A stretch of 64,000 nt of DNA. Source: an uncultured Enterobacteriaceae bacterium. GTDB lineage: Bacteria > Myxococcota_A > UBA9042. Under the pieces are notes generated by a model. It had not been told where the DNA came from. It was given only the letters and a program-made list of their open reading frames with translations, and searched no databases. Shown piece by piece: positions 1-10,649 of this stretch (positions within the stretch are counted from its first letter, which is position 1; each line of letters opens with the position of its first letter). The position numbers and the translations under genes were made by a program. The stretch spans positions 16,029 through 80,028 of the forward strand of contig CAYURO010000013.1 of the NCBI GenBank assembly GCA_964447285.1. Direction: 5' to 3'.

Positions 1-367
1 CGATCACGAACGTGACCCGCCCCGCCAGCAGCGTGAAGGCACGTGGCACACCGTACTGCGCGTGCACCTTGGCGTCGGGGTCGCTCAGCAGCGTGAACGG
101 CAACCGGTGGTGACTCGCAAACCCCTGATGGCTGTCCGGATCGTCGATGCTGACGCCCACCACCGTGGCGCCGGCGTCGGTAAAGTCCTGGTAGGCGTCG
201 CGAAACGCGCAGGCTTGGGCGGTGCAGCCGGCCGTCTCGTCCTTGGGATAGAAGTAGATGACCACGGGGCCCTTGGCGTACACGTCGGACAGACGCACGG
301 GCACTCCGTTGGCGTCGGGCAGCGTGAAGTCGGGGGCGGGGTCACCTTCGCGGATTTTGTGGCTCAT
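1..367 (-). CDS. bcp: Peroxiredoxin, BCP/PrxQ family (C-terminus runs off the window edge)
   Basis: Manual translation from ATG at 367: MSHKIREGDPAPDFTLPDANG...VVIYFYPKDETAGCTAQACAFRD...FTLLSDPD...GRVTFVI. Contains the YFYPKDxTxGCTxxAC BCP motif. Absent from the ORF track because it has no stop in the window. Confidence 0.93.
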   Translation of the reverse strand, partial: MSHKIREGDPAPDFTLPDANGVPVRLSDVYAKGPVVIYFYPKDETAGCTAQACAFRDAYQDFTDAGATVVGVSIDDPDSHQGFASHHRLPFTLLSDPDAKVHAQYGVPRAFTLLAGRVTFVI

Positions 368-606
368 GCCTGGTTCGATGCGGCATCGGCCGCGGCAGGT
401 GCGGCGGGCGGTTCAGCGGCGCATTCCGGCGGTGGCGCAGGGTCGGCGTCTTCCAGCGGCTTCATGGCAACGCCTCGTTTTTCTTGGGCGATGTCTTCGC
501 CGCCCAGCTCACCCGACGTATCGACCTGAACGCGACCGAGCGTCAGCGTGGTGATCACCGGCGCCAAGGCACCGGCCAAGGCCCGCCGCATCGCAAGAAT
601 GCCCAT
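364..606 (-). CDS. Small hypothetical protein (start uncertain, 606 or 693)
   Basis: Its TGA overlaps the bcp ATG (ATGA), suggesting translational coupling. Pro/Ala-rich tail, no recognised motif. Confidence 0.45.
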   Translation of the reverse strand: MGILAMRRALAGALAPVITTLTLGRVQVDTSGELGGEDIAQEKRGVAMKPLEDADPAPPPECAAEPPAAPAAADAASNQA

Positions 607-692
607 GCCAGTCGTCCTGTTCGCGCCCCAACGCGGCGTCGACCCATGCAAGGTAGGAGGGGGAGACGCCGTCGCCAAGGGCCCCCGCGGCA

Positions 693-728
693 TGTCGCAA
701 TTTCCAACATGTGTAGAGATTTTCTACA
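693..728. promoter_or_regulatory. Tandem TGT-N11-ACA sites, candidate enhancer-binding-protein (sigma54 activator) sites
   Basis: TGTCGCAATTTCCAACA (693-709) and palindromic TGTAGAGATTTTCTACA (712-728) in an AT-rich patch about 80-110 bp upstream of a consensus sigma54 promoter. Confidence 0.55.
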
Positions 729-804
729 TAGACTCTCCCACTGCGCCACCTCGTGGTGACCAAGATTGCTTCTACTTCTCAACACTTTCAGAACGCACCC
801 AACA

Positions 805-820
805 TGGCACACTCCTTGCT
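805..820 (+). promoter_or_regulatory. Sigma54 (-24/-12) promoter
   Basis: TGGCAC-ACTCC-TTGCT is an exact match to TGGCAC-N5-TTGCW, ending 27 bp before an ATG (847) that has a GGGAGG RBS. Confidence 0.8.
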
Positions 821-846
821 CCTGAAGATTGCGGGAGGAACTCTGC

Positions 847-1188
847 ATGGTCGACCGCCGCTGCCAACTGCTTTGCCTGATCGTCTGCCTGCTGGGCCTG
901 ACGCTGGCCACAAGCTGCATCGTCAACCCGGTGCCGACACCGGGTCCGTACGACTTGACGAACAACAAGACCGACGTGAAGACCGACGACATGGGGGGCG
1001 CTGGGGTTGACGCTACGGCCTCCGATGCGTGGGGCGACACGGCGATGCCGGGCGGAACCGACTCGTCCGACTTTGCCGACTGCGTGGCCTCTCCCGAGGA
1101 CGCGACGCCGACCGACGCGGCGGACGATGCAACGGCCACGGAAGATGAGGACTCAGAGACCGATGAGGTGTCGTCCCGCACCCCTTGA
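847..1188 (+). CDS. Small acidic, disordered putative lipoprotein
   Basis: GGGAGG RBS, signal peptide with lipobox LATSC, then an Asp/Thr/Ala-rich low-complexity body. Confidence 0.65.
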   Translation: MVDRRCQLLCLIVCLLGLTLATSCIVNPVPTPGPYDLTNNKTDVKTDDMGGAGVDATASDAWGDTAMPGGTDSSDFADCVASPEDATPTDAADDATATEDEDSETDEVSSRTP

Positions 1189-1255
1189 ATCCCGTCTCGC
1201 TCCCAGCCATCCTGCACCCGGCGTCTGGAGTTTCCCCCCCCTCGCCGGAGTTCGC

Positions 1256-1582
1256 TTGCCCCGCCTGCCCTTCACCCTGTTGGTCGCCAGCGTGTCGCTT
1301 TCACTTGCGGCGTGCGCGGCGTCGATGCAGGACCGACTGCAGCTGCTGCCCGCCACCGACCGCAACGCGTACGACGAGTGCGCGCTGGACCGCTGCGGTC
1401 TGGCCCCCGCTTGGTATGGCGAGGCGCAGTGGGCGATGGAGCGCTACGAACGCGAGGCCAAGGCCCACTCGGAGTGCTGGTACCGCTACATCGACGCCTA
1501 TGTCGCCCAGGCCACGCCCGCCGCGCGCGCCCAGTACCTTCAGGGCAAGTGCGTGGCTGAGCGAATGTGGATCTCGCGATAG
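1256..1582 (+). CDS. Hypothetical lipoprotein with four Cys in the mature part
   Basis: Probable TTG start after GGAG: MPRLPFTLLVASVSLSLAAC (lipobox LAAC), in frame with ORF 1007..1582. Confidence 0.55.
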   Translation: MPRLPFTLLVASVSLSLAACAASMQDRLQLLPATDRNAYDECALDRCGLAPAWYGEAQWAMERYEREAKAHSECWYRYIDAYVAQATPAARAQYLQGKCVAERMWISR

Positions 1583-1727
1583 GCAGCGGACCCGTCGCCC
1601 CCGGAATCCCCCCAAACCACCTGGTGTTGCACCAAGCACGTGGCCCCGCGCATCCAAGCGGGGGCGGCCGGAGTCCAACCTTTGACACCCGTGGACACCG
1701 TCGACACCGGCAAGGGGAGGATGCGAC

Positions 1728-2876
1728 ATGACCAGATACCGCCAACTGCTCGTCCTGCTTGTCCTTTCTGCCTGCGCCCGCACCGCGCCGCAGACGACCG
1801 TGGACGACCGCGCCGATGCGCCCGCCCCCCACTCGACCCAGGAGAACGCCGTGACCACGCCCCCTGCCCCCGACTATGCACGCCCCAGCGAGGACGAGCT
1901 GCGCAAGCGCCTGTCGCCCCTGCAGTTCGAGGTCACCCAGCGCGGCGCCACTGAGCCTGCCTTTCGCAACGCGTACTGGAACCACCACGAGGAGGGCCTC
2001 TACGTCGACTCGGCAACCGGCGAGCCCTTGTTCAGCTCGCGCGACAAGTTCGACTCGGGCACCGGCTGGCCCAGCTTCACCCGCCCCATCGAGCCTGCCC
2101 GGGTGACCGAAAAGGTCGATGGCGCCTGGGGCATGAAGCGCACCGAGGTCCTGTCGGCAGGCGGCAGCTCGCACCTGGGCCACGTGTTCGACGACGGTCC
2201 CGCACCCACTGGCTTGCGGTACTGCATCAATTCCGCGTCATTACGCTTTGTCCCCGTCGACCGCTTTGACGCCGAGGGCTACGGTGCGTACCGCCAGACG
2301 TTCACCGGCACCGCTGCGACCGTCGAGAACAAGGCGTCTGGGGTATGCGCCACCCCTCCCCCCGGCCAAGCGCCCGGCTGCCAAGCGACCACCGAGGAGG
2401 CGATGCTGGCGGGTGGCTGCTTCTGGGGGATGGAAGAGATCCTCAGGAAGGTCCCCGGCGTACTCGAGACCGAGGTCGGCTACACCGGCGGTTCGACGCC
2501 CCACCCGACCTACGACGACGTCCACACCGGTCGCACGGGACACGCCGAGGCGGTGCGGATCGTGTTCGACCCCGGCAAGCTCACCTATGCGGATTTGTTG
2601 GAGAAGTGGTTCTTCAAGATGCATGACCCGACGACGCCCAATCGCCAAGGCAACGACATCGGCAGCCAATACCGCTCGGCCATCTTCGCCACCAGCGAGG
2701 CGCAGAAGAAGACGGCGGCAGAGGTCATCGCGCGGGTGAGCGCCAGCGGCAAGTCGAAGCGCCCGGTCGTGACCGAAGTCGTGACCGCCGGCCCCTTCAC
2801 CCCAGCCGAGGGCGAACATCAAGACTATCTGCAAAGAAATCCGGGCGGTTACACGTGTCACTGGCTGAGGAACTGA
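1728..2876 (+). CDS. msrAB: Bifunctional peptide methionine sulfoxide reductase MsrB-MsrA, lipoprotein
   Basis: MsrB motifs [18 protein letters not shown] and RYCINSA; MsrA motifs GCFWG, GHAEAV and YRSAIF; N-terminal lipobox LSAC. Confidence 0.95.
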   Translation: MTRYRQLLVLLVLSACARTAPQTTVDDRADAPAPHSTQENAVTTPPAPDYARPSEDELRKRLSPLQFEVTQRGATEPAFRNAYWNHHEEGLYVDSATGEPLFSSRDKFDSGTGWPSFTRPIEPARVTEKVDGAWGMKRTEVLSAGGSSHLGHVFDDGPAPTGLRYCINSASLRFVPVDRFDAEGYGAYRQTFTGTAATVENKASGVCATPPPGQAPGCQATTEEAMLAGGCFWGMEEILRKVPGVLETEVGYTGGSTPHPTYDDVHTGRTGHAEAVRIVFDPGKLTYADLLEKWFFKMHDPTTPNRQGNDIGSQYRSAIFATSEAQKKTAAEVIARVSASGKSKRPVVTEVVTAGPFTPAEGEHQDYLQRNPGGYTCHWLRN

Positions 2877-2879
2877 CCG

Positions 2880-4934
2880 CTACCTCTTCAGCACATCCGC
2901 CACCTTCCGCGCCAAGGCGTGGGGCGTGAAGGGCTTGGCCAAAAACTCGACGTGCGCGTCCAGCACACCGTGGTGCACGATCGCATTGTCGGTGTACCCG
3001 GACATGAACAGCACCCGCATGCCGGGGCGCTGCTGGGTCAGACGGTCTGCCAGCTCGCGACCGTTCATGCCGGGCATGATCACGTCCGTCAGCAGCAGCC
3101 GGATCGGTCCCGGGTGCGCAGTGCTCAACCGGACAGCGGCCGCGGGAGAGTTGGCCGACATGACGCTATAACCGCTGGATTCCAGGATCTTACGCGCAGC
3201 CTCAGCGACCAATGGCTCGTCCTCGACCAGCAGCACCGTGCCCTCACCGGCCTGTGGAGTCTGGCCGATACGCAGCGGCGCCGCTTCGACCTCGTCGCCC
3301 TCAGGTGGAGCCAGCGGGAGGTAGACGCGGAAGGTCGTTCCCTGCTCCGGCTCGCTATACACCGCGATGTCGCCTCCAGATTGCCGCACGATGCCGAAGA
3401 CGGTCGACAGTCCCAGACCCGTTCCCTTGCCGCGAGGCTTGGTTGTGAAGAAAGGCTCGAACACCCTGGCCTTCAGGTCGGCCGGAATGCCCACGCCCGT
3501 GTCGGACACCGCCAGCAGCGTGTAGCGACCCGGGGCCAACACCAGGTGAGAGGCCGCAAGTCCGTCCTGCACATCGACTTCTCCCACCTCGATGGTCAGT
3601 CGACCGCCGTCAGGCATGGCGTCGCGGGCGTTGACAGCCAGGTTGATGATCACCAACTCGATCTGATTCGGGTCGGCGCGCACGGGTCCGACGTCCTGCG
3701 TGCAGAAGGTGCGCAACTCGACGTCTTCGCCGATCAGGCGCCGCAACATCCCCTCCAGCCCCAGCACGACCTTGCGCAAGTCCAGGTTCACCGGCTGCAG
3801 CACCTGCTGGCGACTGAAAGCAAGCAGTTGGTGGGTCAGCTTGGCGGCGCGCTCCGCAGCTTCGCAGATCTGTTCGAGATCCTCGCGGTCCTGCGTGCCC
3901 TCGGCGCGCTCGTCCGCCATCATGCGGGCATAGCTCAGGATGGCCGTCAGCATGTTGTTGAAGTCGTGCGCCACGCCCCCCGCCAACCGCCCGATCGCCT
4001 CCATCTTCTGCGCTTGGCGAAGCTGCTCCTCGCTGCGGCGCAGGGCCTCCTCTGCCTTGACGCGCTCCGCGCTCTCTCGGCGCAGCTCGGTGTTCGCCTG
4101 CTCGAGCTCGACCGTCCGCTCGCGAACCCGCGCCTCCAGATCCTCGTGAGATCGGCGCAAGACCTCTTTGGCCATGCGCTGTTCCGTGATGTCGTGGGAG
4201 ATACCCAAGAGGTACTGCGGCTGCCCGTGGTCGTCCAGCAGCGGTACCTTGCGCGTGTGTAGCCAGCGCTCTCCGGACGCCGTGGCGATCCGCTCCTCCG
4301 GGATGTCGACCACCTGCTTGCCAGCCAGCGTCTCGCGGTCACGCTCTACGAAGAAGTCCGCTTGGTCCTTCGGAAAGAAATCGTAGTCGTTGCGCCCCAG
4401 CAGCGCGTGTCGCGACTGACCCAACAGGTCCTCTCCGGCGCGATTGAAGCGAACAAAGCGCAGGTTCTCGGCTTCCTTCAGGAAGATCATCGAGGGCACG
4501 TTCTCGAGGATCGAGTCGAGGAACCGGTTTGCTTGCTGCACGGCTTCTTCGGCCTGGTGCCTCGCCTCGACGTCGCGCACCACCACGACGCCGCCCAGCA
4601 GCTTGCCGTCCGCGTCGCGCCACGGCTTGCCCGACGCACTGATCCAGCGGCCGCGAGGCAGCATCGCGTTGCGCACGAACAGATCGAAGTCGTTCGTTTC
4701 CTGGCCGCGGATCGCGCGCATCAGCGGCAGTTCGTCCACGGGCAGAAGCGTCTTCATGTCCAGGCCGTACAGACCGTACGCCAAAGACCACGCCTGCATC
4801 GACGCGTCCCGCTGCCCCACGCCGATCAACCGCTGGGCCGCCGCGTTGAAAACAAGGATATTGCCATCGATGTCAGCGGCGATGACCCCGTCACCCAAGC
4901 TCTCGACCATGGTACGCAGCAGCTTGGCTTCCAT
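2880..4934 (-). CDS. Cytoplasmic hybrid sensor histidine kinase (PAS-PAS-HisKA-HATPase-REC)
   Basis: Two PAS domains, [11 protein letters not shown]-box, NARDAM N-box, FEPFFTTK and GTGLGL motifs, C-terminal receiver (LLTDVIMP...KPF). Confidence 0.95.
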   Translation of the reverse strand: MEAKLLRTMVESLGDGVIAADIDGNILVFNAAAQRLIGVGQRDASMQAWSLAYGLYGLDMKTLLPVDELPLMRAIRGQETNDFDLFVRNAMLPRGRWISASGKPWRDADGKLLGGVVVVRDVEARHQAEEAVQQANRFLDSILENVPSMIFLKEAENLRFVRFNRAGEDLLGQSRHALLGRNDYDFFPKDQADFFVERDRETLAGKQVVDIPEERIATASGERWLHTRKVPLLDDHGQPQYLLGISHDITEQRMAKEVLRRSHEDLEARVRERTVELEQANTELRRESAERVKAEEALRRSEEQLRQAQKMEAIGRLAGGVAHDFNNMLTAILSYARMMADERAEGTQDREDLEQICEAAERAAKLTHQLLAFSRQQVLQPVNLDLRKVVLGLEGMLRRLIGEDVELRTFCTQDVGPVRADPNQIELVIINLAVNARDAMPDGGRLTIEVGEVDVQDGLAASHLVLAPGRYTLLAVSDTGVGIPADLKARVFEPFFTTKPRGKGTGLGLSTVFGIVRQSGGDIAVYSEPEQGTTFRVYLPLAPPEGDEVEAAPLRIGQTPQAGEGTVLLVEDEPLVAEAARKILESSGYSVMSANSPAAAVRLSTAHPGPIRLLLTDVIMPGMNGRELADRLTQQRPGMRVLFMSGYTDNAIVHHGVLDAHVEFLAKPFTPHALARKVADVLKR

Positions 4935-5099
4935 CGGATTCCAATCGGGGGGGGCAGTCGTTTGTGTGCTGCCGCGAGTCTAGGCACGCGAACGGACGGC
5001 GTCCAGACGCAACTGACGGAAGGCGCAAATTGCCAACCGCGGTGCGAGACTACGTGACCGCCCGCTGCGCAGCCCCCGGAGCTCTGAATTCGCCAAGAC

Positions 5100-6563
5100 C
5101 TAGGGTGCGATTTGGCCCAGCGCAAACAGCAGACGGGCTTCGGCCACCGAGAGGTCCAAGGTATGCTGATCTTTCTGGATCCGCGCCTGGGTCAGGGCCG
5201 TCTCGGCGTCTGCCAGCTCGAACAGGCTCGCCGCCCCGGCTGCATAACGCCCCGCGGCGTGGTCGCGCGCTGCGGCAGAAAATTCCAACGACGACTCCAC
5301 GGCTTTCGTCCGCTTACGCGCTTGCAGCAACGCCGTCCGCGTCGTGTCGATATCGCCGCGCAAAACCAGCAGCAAAGAATCGCGCTGCGCGAGAACCCCC
5401 GCCAACCTCGCGCGGGCCTCTCCCATCGATGACGAGCGGGTCCACAGCGTCGACAACGGCAGCGACACTCCGCCCGTCATGCCGTAGTTCCACGCCAGAG
5501 CGTCCACCTCGATGCCGGCCACCGAAGCCTGAGCAGAGACGTACAGCGAGGGCAGGATCGCCTTGTCCAGCGCCTCCAGCTCCGTCTGCACGGCGGCAAC
5601 CCGTGCCTCCAGCGCCGCCCACTCGGGCCGCGTCTGGGCCGAGCGCTTCACGGACTCGTCCAGCCACGCGGTCGATCCCAGCTCGGGGCTTTCGAGCTGC
5701 GCGGATGGGAAGGTCGGCACCTGCAGCGGACCCGCAGGCAGTCGGTCCTGTCCCATCGCGACAGCCAAAGCAACCCGGGCAGACCGCGAGGCCTCTTCTG
5801 CCCGTAACGTGGCCACTTGCGCGGCGGCCAGATCGCTCTCTGCCTTCAGCAGGTCCAGCTTGGGGCGAATCTGAGCCTCGACACGGGCTTTCGCTGAGTC
5901 ACGGTTGCGCTCGGCCTGCCGCTCTGACTCTCCCAACGACGCCAACACCGCATCAGCGGTCAGCGCTTGCAGATAGGTGACGGCTACTTGCAGCCATAAT
6001 TGATTGCGGGTCGAGTCCAGATCGGCGCGGGCGACGTCCAGACTGCGGCGGGCCAAGTCGACGGAGGCGCCGGTGCGGCCGAAGTCCCACGCGGTCCAGC
6101 GGGTATTGGCGCTGGCCGACCAATAGGGAGAGAGATCGAAGCTGGAGGCTGACTTGGCGGTGGACAGGCCAGAGCTGCTGGGCAAGGCTCCGGCGCGCGG
6201 TGCGTAATTCGAGGTGGACTCTGAGTGGCTGGCCTCGACGGTCGCCGACGGCAGATACGGCACCTGCGCCACGCCCACGCGCTCCTTTGCGCTGTCGACG
6301 CCCGCCCTTGCCACCGCCATCGACGGGTTGTGCGAAACGGCGATGTCGTACGCCTGCTTCAACGTCAGGAACGGCCCCGATTCGACCACAGCGACCTTGA
6401 CCGCAGCGACCTTGATCGGTGGCAGCGCAGGGTCCGCCACAGGCACGGAAGCTGTGGCCTTGGGCGCAGTTCGACCCGGCAGCCCAAGGGCGACCGCGGG
6501 GACAAACCCCGCCGCCACAACCACCCACGCCATCCACCTGCGCGTCTTCGTCTTCACGTCCAA
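5100..6563 (-). CDS. TolC-family outer membrane efflux protein
   Basis: Signal peptide; OEP repeats (LTLKQAYDIAVSHNP, WDFGRT, RYAAGAASLFEL). Confidence 0.85.
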   Translation of the reverse strand: MDVKTKTRRWMAWVVVAAGFVPAVALGLPGRTAPKATASVPVADPALPPIKVAAVKVAVVESGPFLTLKQAYDIAVSHNPSMAVARAGVDSAKERVGVAQVPYLPSATVEASHSESTSNYAPRAGALPSSSGLSTAKSASSFDLSPYWSASANTRWTAWDFGRTGASVDLARRSLDVARADLDSTRNQLWLQVAVTYLQALTADAVLASLGESERQAERNRDSAKARVEAQIRPKLDLLKAESDLAAAQVATLRAEEASRSARVALAVAMGQDRLPAGPLQVPTFPSAQLESPELGSTAWLDESVKRSAQTRPEWAALEARVAAVQTELEALDKAILPSLYVSAQASVAGIEVDALAWNYGMTGGVSLPLSTLWTRSSSMGEARARLAGVLAQRDSLLLVLRGDIDTTRTALLQARKRTKAVESSLEFSAAARDHAAGRYAAGAASLFELADAETALTQARIQKDQHTLDLSVAEARLLFALGQIAP

Positions 6564-6709
6564 CCTCCGACCCGCTTGCCCAAACCGCTTCGGACCCTAC
6601 ACCCGCCGTTTCGTCAAATACAAGCCAGCGAACGGCCTGCCTTTGACGCCGGCACGTCCCGTGGCCTACCGTCACCTCCCTTGGTCGTCAGACCGCCGCG
6701 GAGTGACCC

Positions 6710-8905
6710 ATGCGCCCCTTCCCCTCGCCCACCGCCGCCATGCTCGGTTGCGCGCTGCTCTTTTCCGCCTGCTCGGGCCCTGAGGTCACCTTGCCGCCGC
6801 CTGCCCCTGCCCCTGTCGTTCTGGCCCCCGCGCCGCCCCCGCGCCCGTACGCCTATCCAGAGACCAAGACGGTGGAGCAGGTGGACGACTACCACGGCAC
6901 TCAGGTCGCGGACCCGTACCGTTGGCTCGAGACCCTGGACAGCCCGGAGACAAAGGCTTGGGTCGAGGCACAAAACGCCTTGACCTTCGGGATCTTGGGC
7001 AAGGTTCCCCAACGCGAGGCGATTCGGCAGCGGCTGGAGAAGGAGTGGAATCATCCGCGGGTGTCCCCTCCCGTGGTCGAGGGCGGCAGGCTGTTCTTCC
7101 GCAAGAACGACGGTCTACAGAACCAGGCGGTGCTCTACGTCGTCGACGCGGTCGGCAAGCCCCCGCGCGTGCTGCTGGATCCGAACACGCTGACGGCGGA
7201 TGGGACGGTTGCGCTGACGCTGTGGACGCCCAGCCGTAACGGCAAGCTGCTGGCGTATGGGCTGTCGGCCTCGGGGTCGGACTGGGTCGAGGTCAAGGTG
7301 CGCGACGTAGCGACCGGCAAGGACCTGGAGGACCAGCTGAAGTGGGTGAAGTTCTCAGGGCTTTCATGGACGACGGACCACAAGGCCTTCTACTACAGCC
7401 GCTACGACGAACCTGTCGCCGGTACAGAGATGAGCGGCAACCAATTCTTCCAGAAGCTGTGCCTGCACGTGGTGGGCCAGCCGCAGTCGACCGACCGGGT
7501 GGTCTACGAGCGCAAGGACCAGAAGGAATGGGGCTTCGGCGGCGACGTGACGGAGGACGGCAAGTACCTGATCATTCCGGTGTGGCTGGGCGCCGACCGC
7601 AAAAACGGCATGTTCTTCCAAGAGTTGACCAAGGGCAGCCGCACCACCGTCGAGCTGATCGCCGAGTTCGACGCCGGCTTCGACTTCCTGGGCAACGACG
7701 GCCCCCTGTTCTACTTCCGCACCGACCGCGGCGCCCCCAAGGGTCGCATCGTCGCAGTCGACGCGCGCAAGCCCAAGACTGCGGACTGGAAAGAGATCGT
7801 GCCCGAGGGCGCCGACCGGCTGGAGGTCGCGATGATGGCCGGCAACCGCTTTGTCGTGCACGCGCTGAAAGACGCGCGTTCCGACGTCCGCGTGTACCGC
7901 CTGGATGGCAAGCTCGAGCGCATGGTCGCTCTGCCCGCCCCCGGCACCGCCGAGGGATTCAGCGGTCGCCGCAACCAGAAAGACCTGTATTTCAGCTTCG
8001 ACAGTTTTCTGTACCCCGCGGTTGTCCTGCGCCACGACCTCGCCAAGGGCATCACGGATGTGTACGCGCAGGCCGAAACGGGTGTGAACCCAAAGGACTA
8101 CGAGGCCAAGCAGGTCTTCTACCCCAGCAAGGACGGCACCAAGGTTCCGATGTTCGTGGTGCACAAGGTGGGCCTGAAGCTGGATGGCACGAATCCGACG
8201 TATCTTTATGGTTACGGCGGTTTCGACGTGACGATGACCCCGTTCTTTTCCCCCGGCATCCTCGTGTGGATGGAAATGGGCGGCGTGTTCGCTATGCCGG
8301 CCCTGCGCGGCGGCGGCGAGTATGGCAAGGCCTGGCACGAGGCGGGGATGCTGCGACAAAAGCAGAATGTGTTCGATGACTTCATCGCGGGCGCCGAGTG
8401 GTTGCAGGCCAACGGCTACACCCGCCCCGACAAGCTGGCGATCGGCGGTGGCAGCAACGGCGGCCTGCTGGTGGGCGCGGCACTGACGCAACGTCCCGAG
8501 CTGTTCGGCGCGGCCATCCCGGCCGTCGGCGTCATGGACATGTTGCGTTTCCACAAGTTCACGATTGGTTGGGCGTGGGTGCCCGAGTACGGCTCGTCCG
8601 ACGACGCAGCGGCATTTGCTTGGCTGTACAAGTACTCGCCGCTGCACGCGATTCGTCCGGGCGTGAAGTACCCTGCAACGCTTGTGACCACCGGCGACCA
8701 CGATGATCGCGTGGTGCCCGCCCACAGCTACAAGTTCGCGGCGACGCTGCAGAACGCCCAAGCGGGCGAGGCGCCCATCCTGCTGCGCATCGACACCAAG
8801 GCAGGTCACGGCGCAGGCAAGCCCACCAGCCGCCAGATCGAAGAGGTCGCCGACCGCTGGGCCTTCCTGGTACGCCAACTGGGCATGGAGATTACGCTTC
8901 CATGA
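6710..8905 (+). CDS. Prolyl oligopeptidase (S9A), lipoprotein signal
   Basis: DPYRWLE; catalytic GGSNGG, DHDDRV and AGHG; lipobox FSAC. Confidence 0.96.
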   Translation: MRPFPSPTAAMLGCALLFSACSGPEVTLPPPAPAPVVLAPAPPPRPYAYPETKTVEQVDDYHGTQVADPYRWLETLDSPETKAWVEAQNALTFGILGKVPQREAIRQRLEKEWNHPRVSPPVVEGGRLFFRKNDGLQNQAVLYVVDAVGKPPRVLLDPNTLTADGTVALTLWTPSRNGKLLAYGLSASGSDWVEVKVRDVATGKDLEDQLKWVKFSGLSWTTDHKAFYYSRYDEPVAGTEMSGNQFFQKLCLHVVGQPQSTDRVVYERKDQKEWGFGGDVTEDGKYLIIPVWLGADRKNGMFFQELTKGSRTTVELIAEFDAGFDFLGNDGPLFYFRTDRGAPKGRIVAVDARKPKTADWKEIVPEGADRLEVAMMAGNRFVVHALKDARSDVRVYRLDGKLERMVALPAPGTAEGFSGRRNQKDLYFSFDSFLYPAVVLRHDLAKGITDVYAQAETGVNPKDYEAKQVFYPSKDGTKVPMFVVHKVGLKLDGTNPTYLYGYGGFDVTMTPFFSPGILVWMEMGGVFAMPALRGGGEYGKAWHEAGMLRQKQNVFDDFIAGAEWLQANGYTRPDKLAIGGGSNGGLLVGAALTQRPELFGAAIPAVGVMDMLRFHKFTIGWAWVPEYGSSDDAAAFAWLYKYSPLHAIRPGVKYPATLVTTGDHDDRVVPAHSYKFAATLQNAQAGEAPILLRIDTKAGHGAGKPTSRQIEEVADRWAFLVRQLGMEITLP

Positions 8906-9549
8906 CCTTGCACGCCCTGATCTTCGACCTGGACGGCACGCTGGTCGACAGCCTGCCCGACATCGCCGCTGCCCTGAATCACGCCCTGCACGCCCACGGA
9001 CTGCCCACGCACTCGATCGACCGGGTCAAGGAGTTCGTGGGAGAGGGAGTGGAGTACCTGATCGCACGCGGCGTGCCGACCGAACGCCCAGAGGTTCGCG
9101 GCGAGGTTCTGATGTCGTACCGCGCCCGCTATGCCGAGCAGCACGACACCCTGACCCAACCGTACCCTGGGATCCTCCAGCTGTTGCAAGGACTTGCAAA
9201 GCGTCAGGTCCCGTTTGCCGTATTGAGCAACAAGCCGAACCCGGCGACGCAGGCCGTCGTAGCCCACGTTCTGCCCGGCGTGCCATTTGCTTTCGTCGCC
9301 GGCGAGCGCCCTGGCAAGCCCCGCAAGCCGGACCCGACGGTGGCCATCGAGATCGCTGCGTTTCTGGGCCTGCTCCCCAGCCAGTGCGGCTTCGTGGGCG
9401 ACACCGGCGTCGACATGCGCACAGCAACCGGGGCCGGCATGACCGCGGTCGGCGTGACATGGGGCTACCGCGGTGTCGACGATCTGCAGGCGGGCGGTGC
9501 CACCGTGATCGTTGAAGATCCAGCGAAGATCCTGCATCTGGTGGGCTGA
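8902..9549 (+). CDS. gph: HAD-family hydrolase, phosphoglycolate phosphatase-like
   Basis: FDLDGTLVDS, SNK, KPDP and VGDTGVD motifs; ATGA overlap with the upstream gene. Confidence 0.85.
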   Translation: MTLHALIFDLDGTLVDSLPDIAAALNHALHAHGLPTHSIDRVKEFVGEGVEYLIARGVPTERPEVRGEVLMSYRARYAEQHDTLTQPYPGILQLLQGLAKRQVPFAVLSNKPNPATQAVVAHVLPGVPFAFVAGERPGKPRKPDPTVAIEIAAFLGLLPSQCGFVGDTGVDMRTATGAGMTAVGVTWGYRGVDDLQAGGATVIVEDPAKILHLVG

Positions 9550-9617
9550 CCAAAGCACCTGATCTCGCGTAGACTTGGCGCGGTTCGCCCCCTTCTTCTC
9601 GCTTCCCCGAGGCTACG

Positions 9618-10649
9618 ATGACCCTCCACGCGCTGATGACCGCCCGCCCTGCCCGTCCGATGTTCGCTTGGACCGCCGTTCTGGCCGTCGCCCTGCCCCT
9701 GCTGGGCTGCACGACCGCCGAAACCACGGCGTCGGAGAACTTCGTCGATACGACCACGTACGCCGACACGGCAGCCGGTCTGGACACGACGGAGACTGGG
9801 GACACCTCTGGTCTGCCGGAAGATACGGGCGTCAGCTCTGACGCCACGGCACAGACCGGCCCCGCGGCTCCCAAGGTCTACGAGGGCACCTGCCCCACCT
9901 TCAAGACGGGAACGAACATCCTGAAATCCAACGGCTATGACCGTCGCATGCGGGTCGCGCTGCCTGAGCAACCGCAGGGCGCCCCCGTCGTCTTCATCTG
10001 GCACGGTCTGGGCGACACGGCGGAGAACATGGCGAACTACATGGGCGACAAGACGATCGCCAAGAACCGCGGCGCGATCGTCGTGACCCTCGACTCGTGC
10101 TGCAACCACCCCGCCAACAAGGCGTGCTGCCCGATGATGACCGGCTGGGGCTTCGCCGGTAAGCCCGAGTCCGACCTCGCGTTGTTTGACGATACGCTGG
10201 CGTGTCTGGACCAAACCTACGCCATCGACCGAACGCGCGTGTACACGACCGGCTTCTCCGCCGGCGCCTTGTGGAGCACGTGGCTGCTGATGCACCGCGC
10301 CGACCAATTGGCCGCAGCTGTGCTGTTCAGCGGCGGAATCAACAGCTTCGTGAAGTGGGTCCAGCCGGCGTATCGCCTTCCGGTGCTGGTGGCGTGGGGT
10401 GGCGCAAAGGACCTGTTCAGCGGCGGCATCGTCAATTTCGCCGAGTCGGCCGCCGCGCTGACCAAGAACCTGCGCGAGAACGGCCACTTCGTCGTGTCGT
10501 GCAACCACGGCTTGGGGCATTCGGTGCCGACGAGCGGGCCCAAGTGGGCGACCGACTTCCTGTTCCAGCACACGTGGAGCGACGGCTCGAGCCCGCTGGC
10601 GAGCGTCCTTTCTGAACTGTATCCGAGCTATTGCGAGATCGCGCCGTAG
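9618..10649 (+). CDS. Secreted alpha/beta hydrolase lipoprotein (PHB depolymerase/feruloyl esterase-like)
   Basis: Lipobox LLGC, Thr-rich linker, VFIWHG, IDRTRVYTTGFSAGA nucleophile elbow, HGLGH. Confidence 0.75.
   Translation: MTLHALMTARPARPMFAWTAVLAVALPLLGCTTAETTASENFVDTTTYADTAAGLDTTETGDTSGLPEDTGVSSDATAQTGPAAPKVYEGTCPTFKTGTNILKSNGYDRRMRVALPEQPQGAPVVFIWHGLGDTAENMANYMGDKTIAKNRGAIVVTLDSCCNHPANKACCPMMTGWGFAGKPESDLALFDDTLACLDQTYAIDRTRVYTTGFSAGALWSTWLLMHRADQLAAAVLFSGGINSFVKWVQPAYRLPVLVAWGGAKDLFSGGIVNFAESAAALTKNLRENGHFVVSCNHGLGHSVPTSGPKWATDFLFQHTWSDGSSPLASVLSELYPSYCEIAP

Noticed and set aside
5100-6563. Orphan TolC as part of a novel secretion system
   Set aside because: Stand-alone TolC-family genes are common, and no adaptor, transporter or substrate gene is adjacent.
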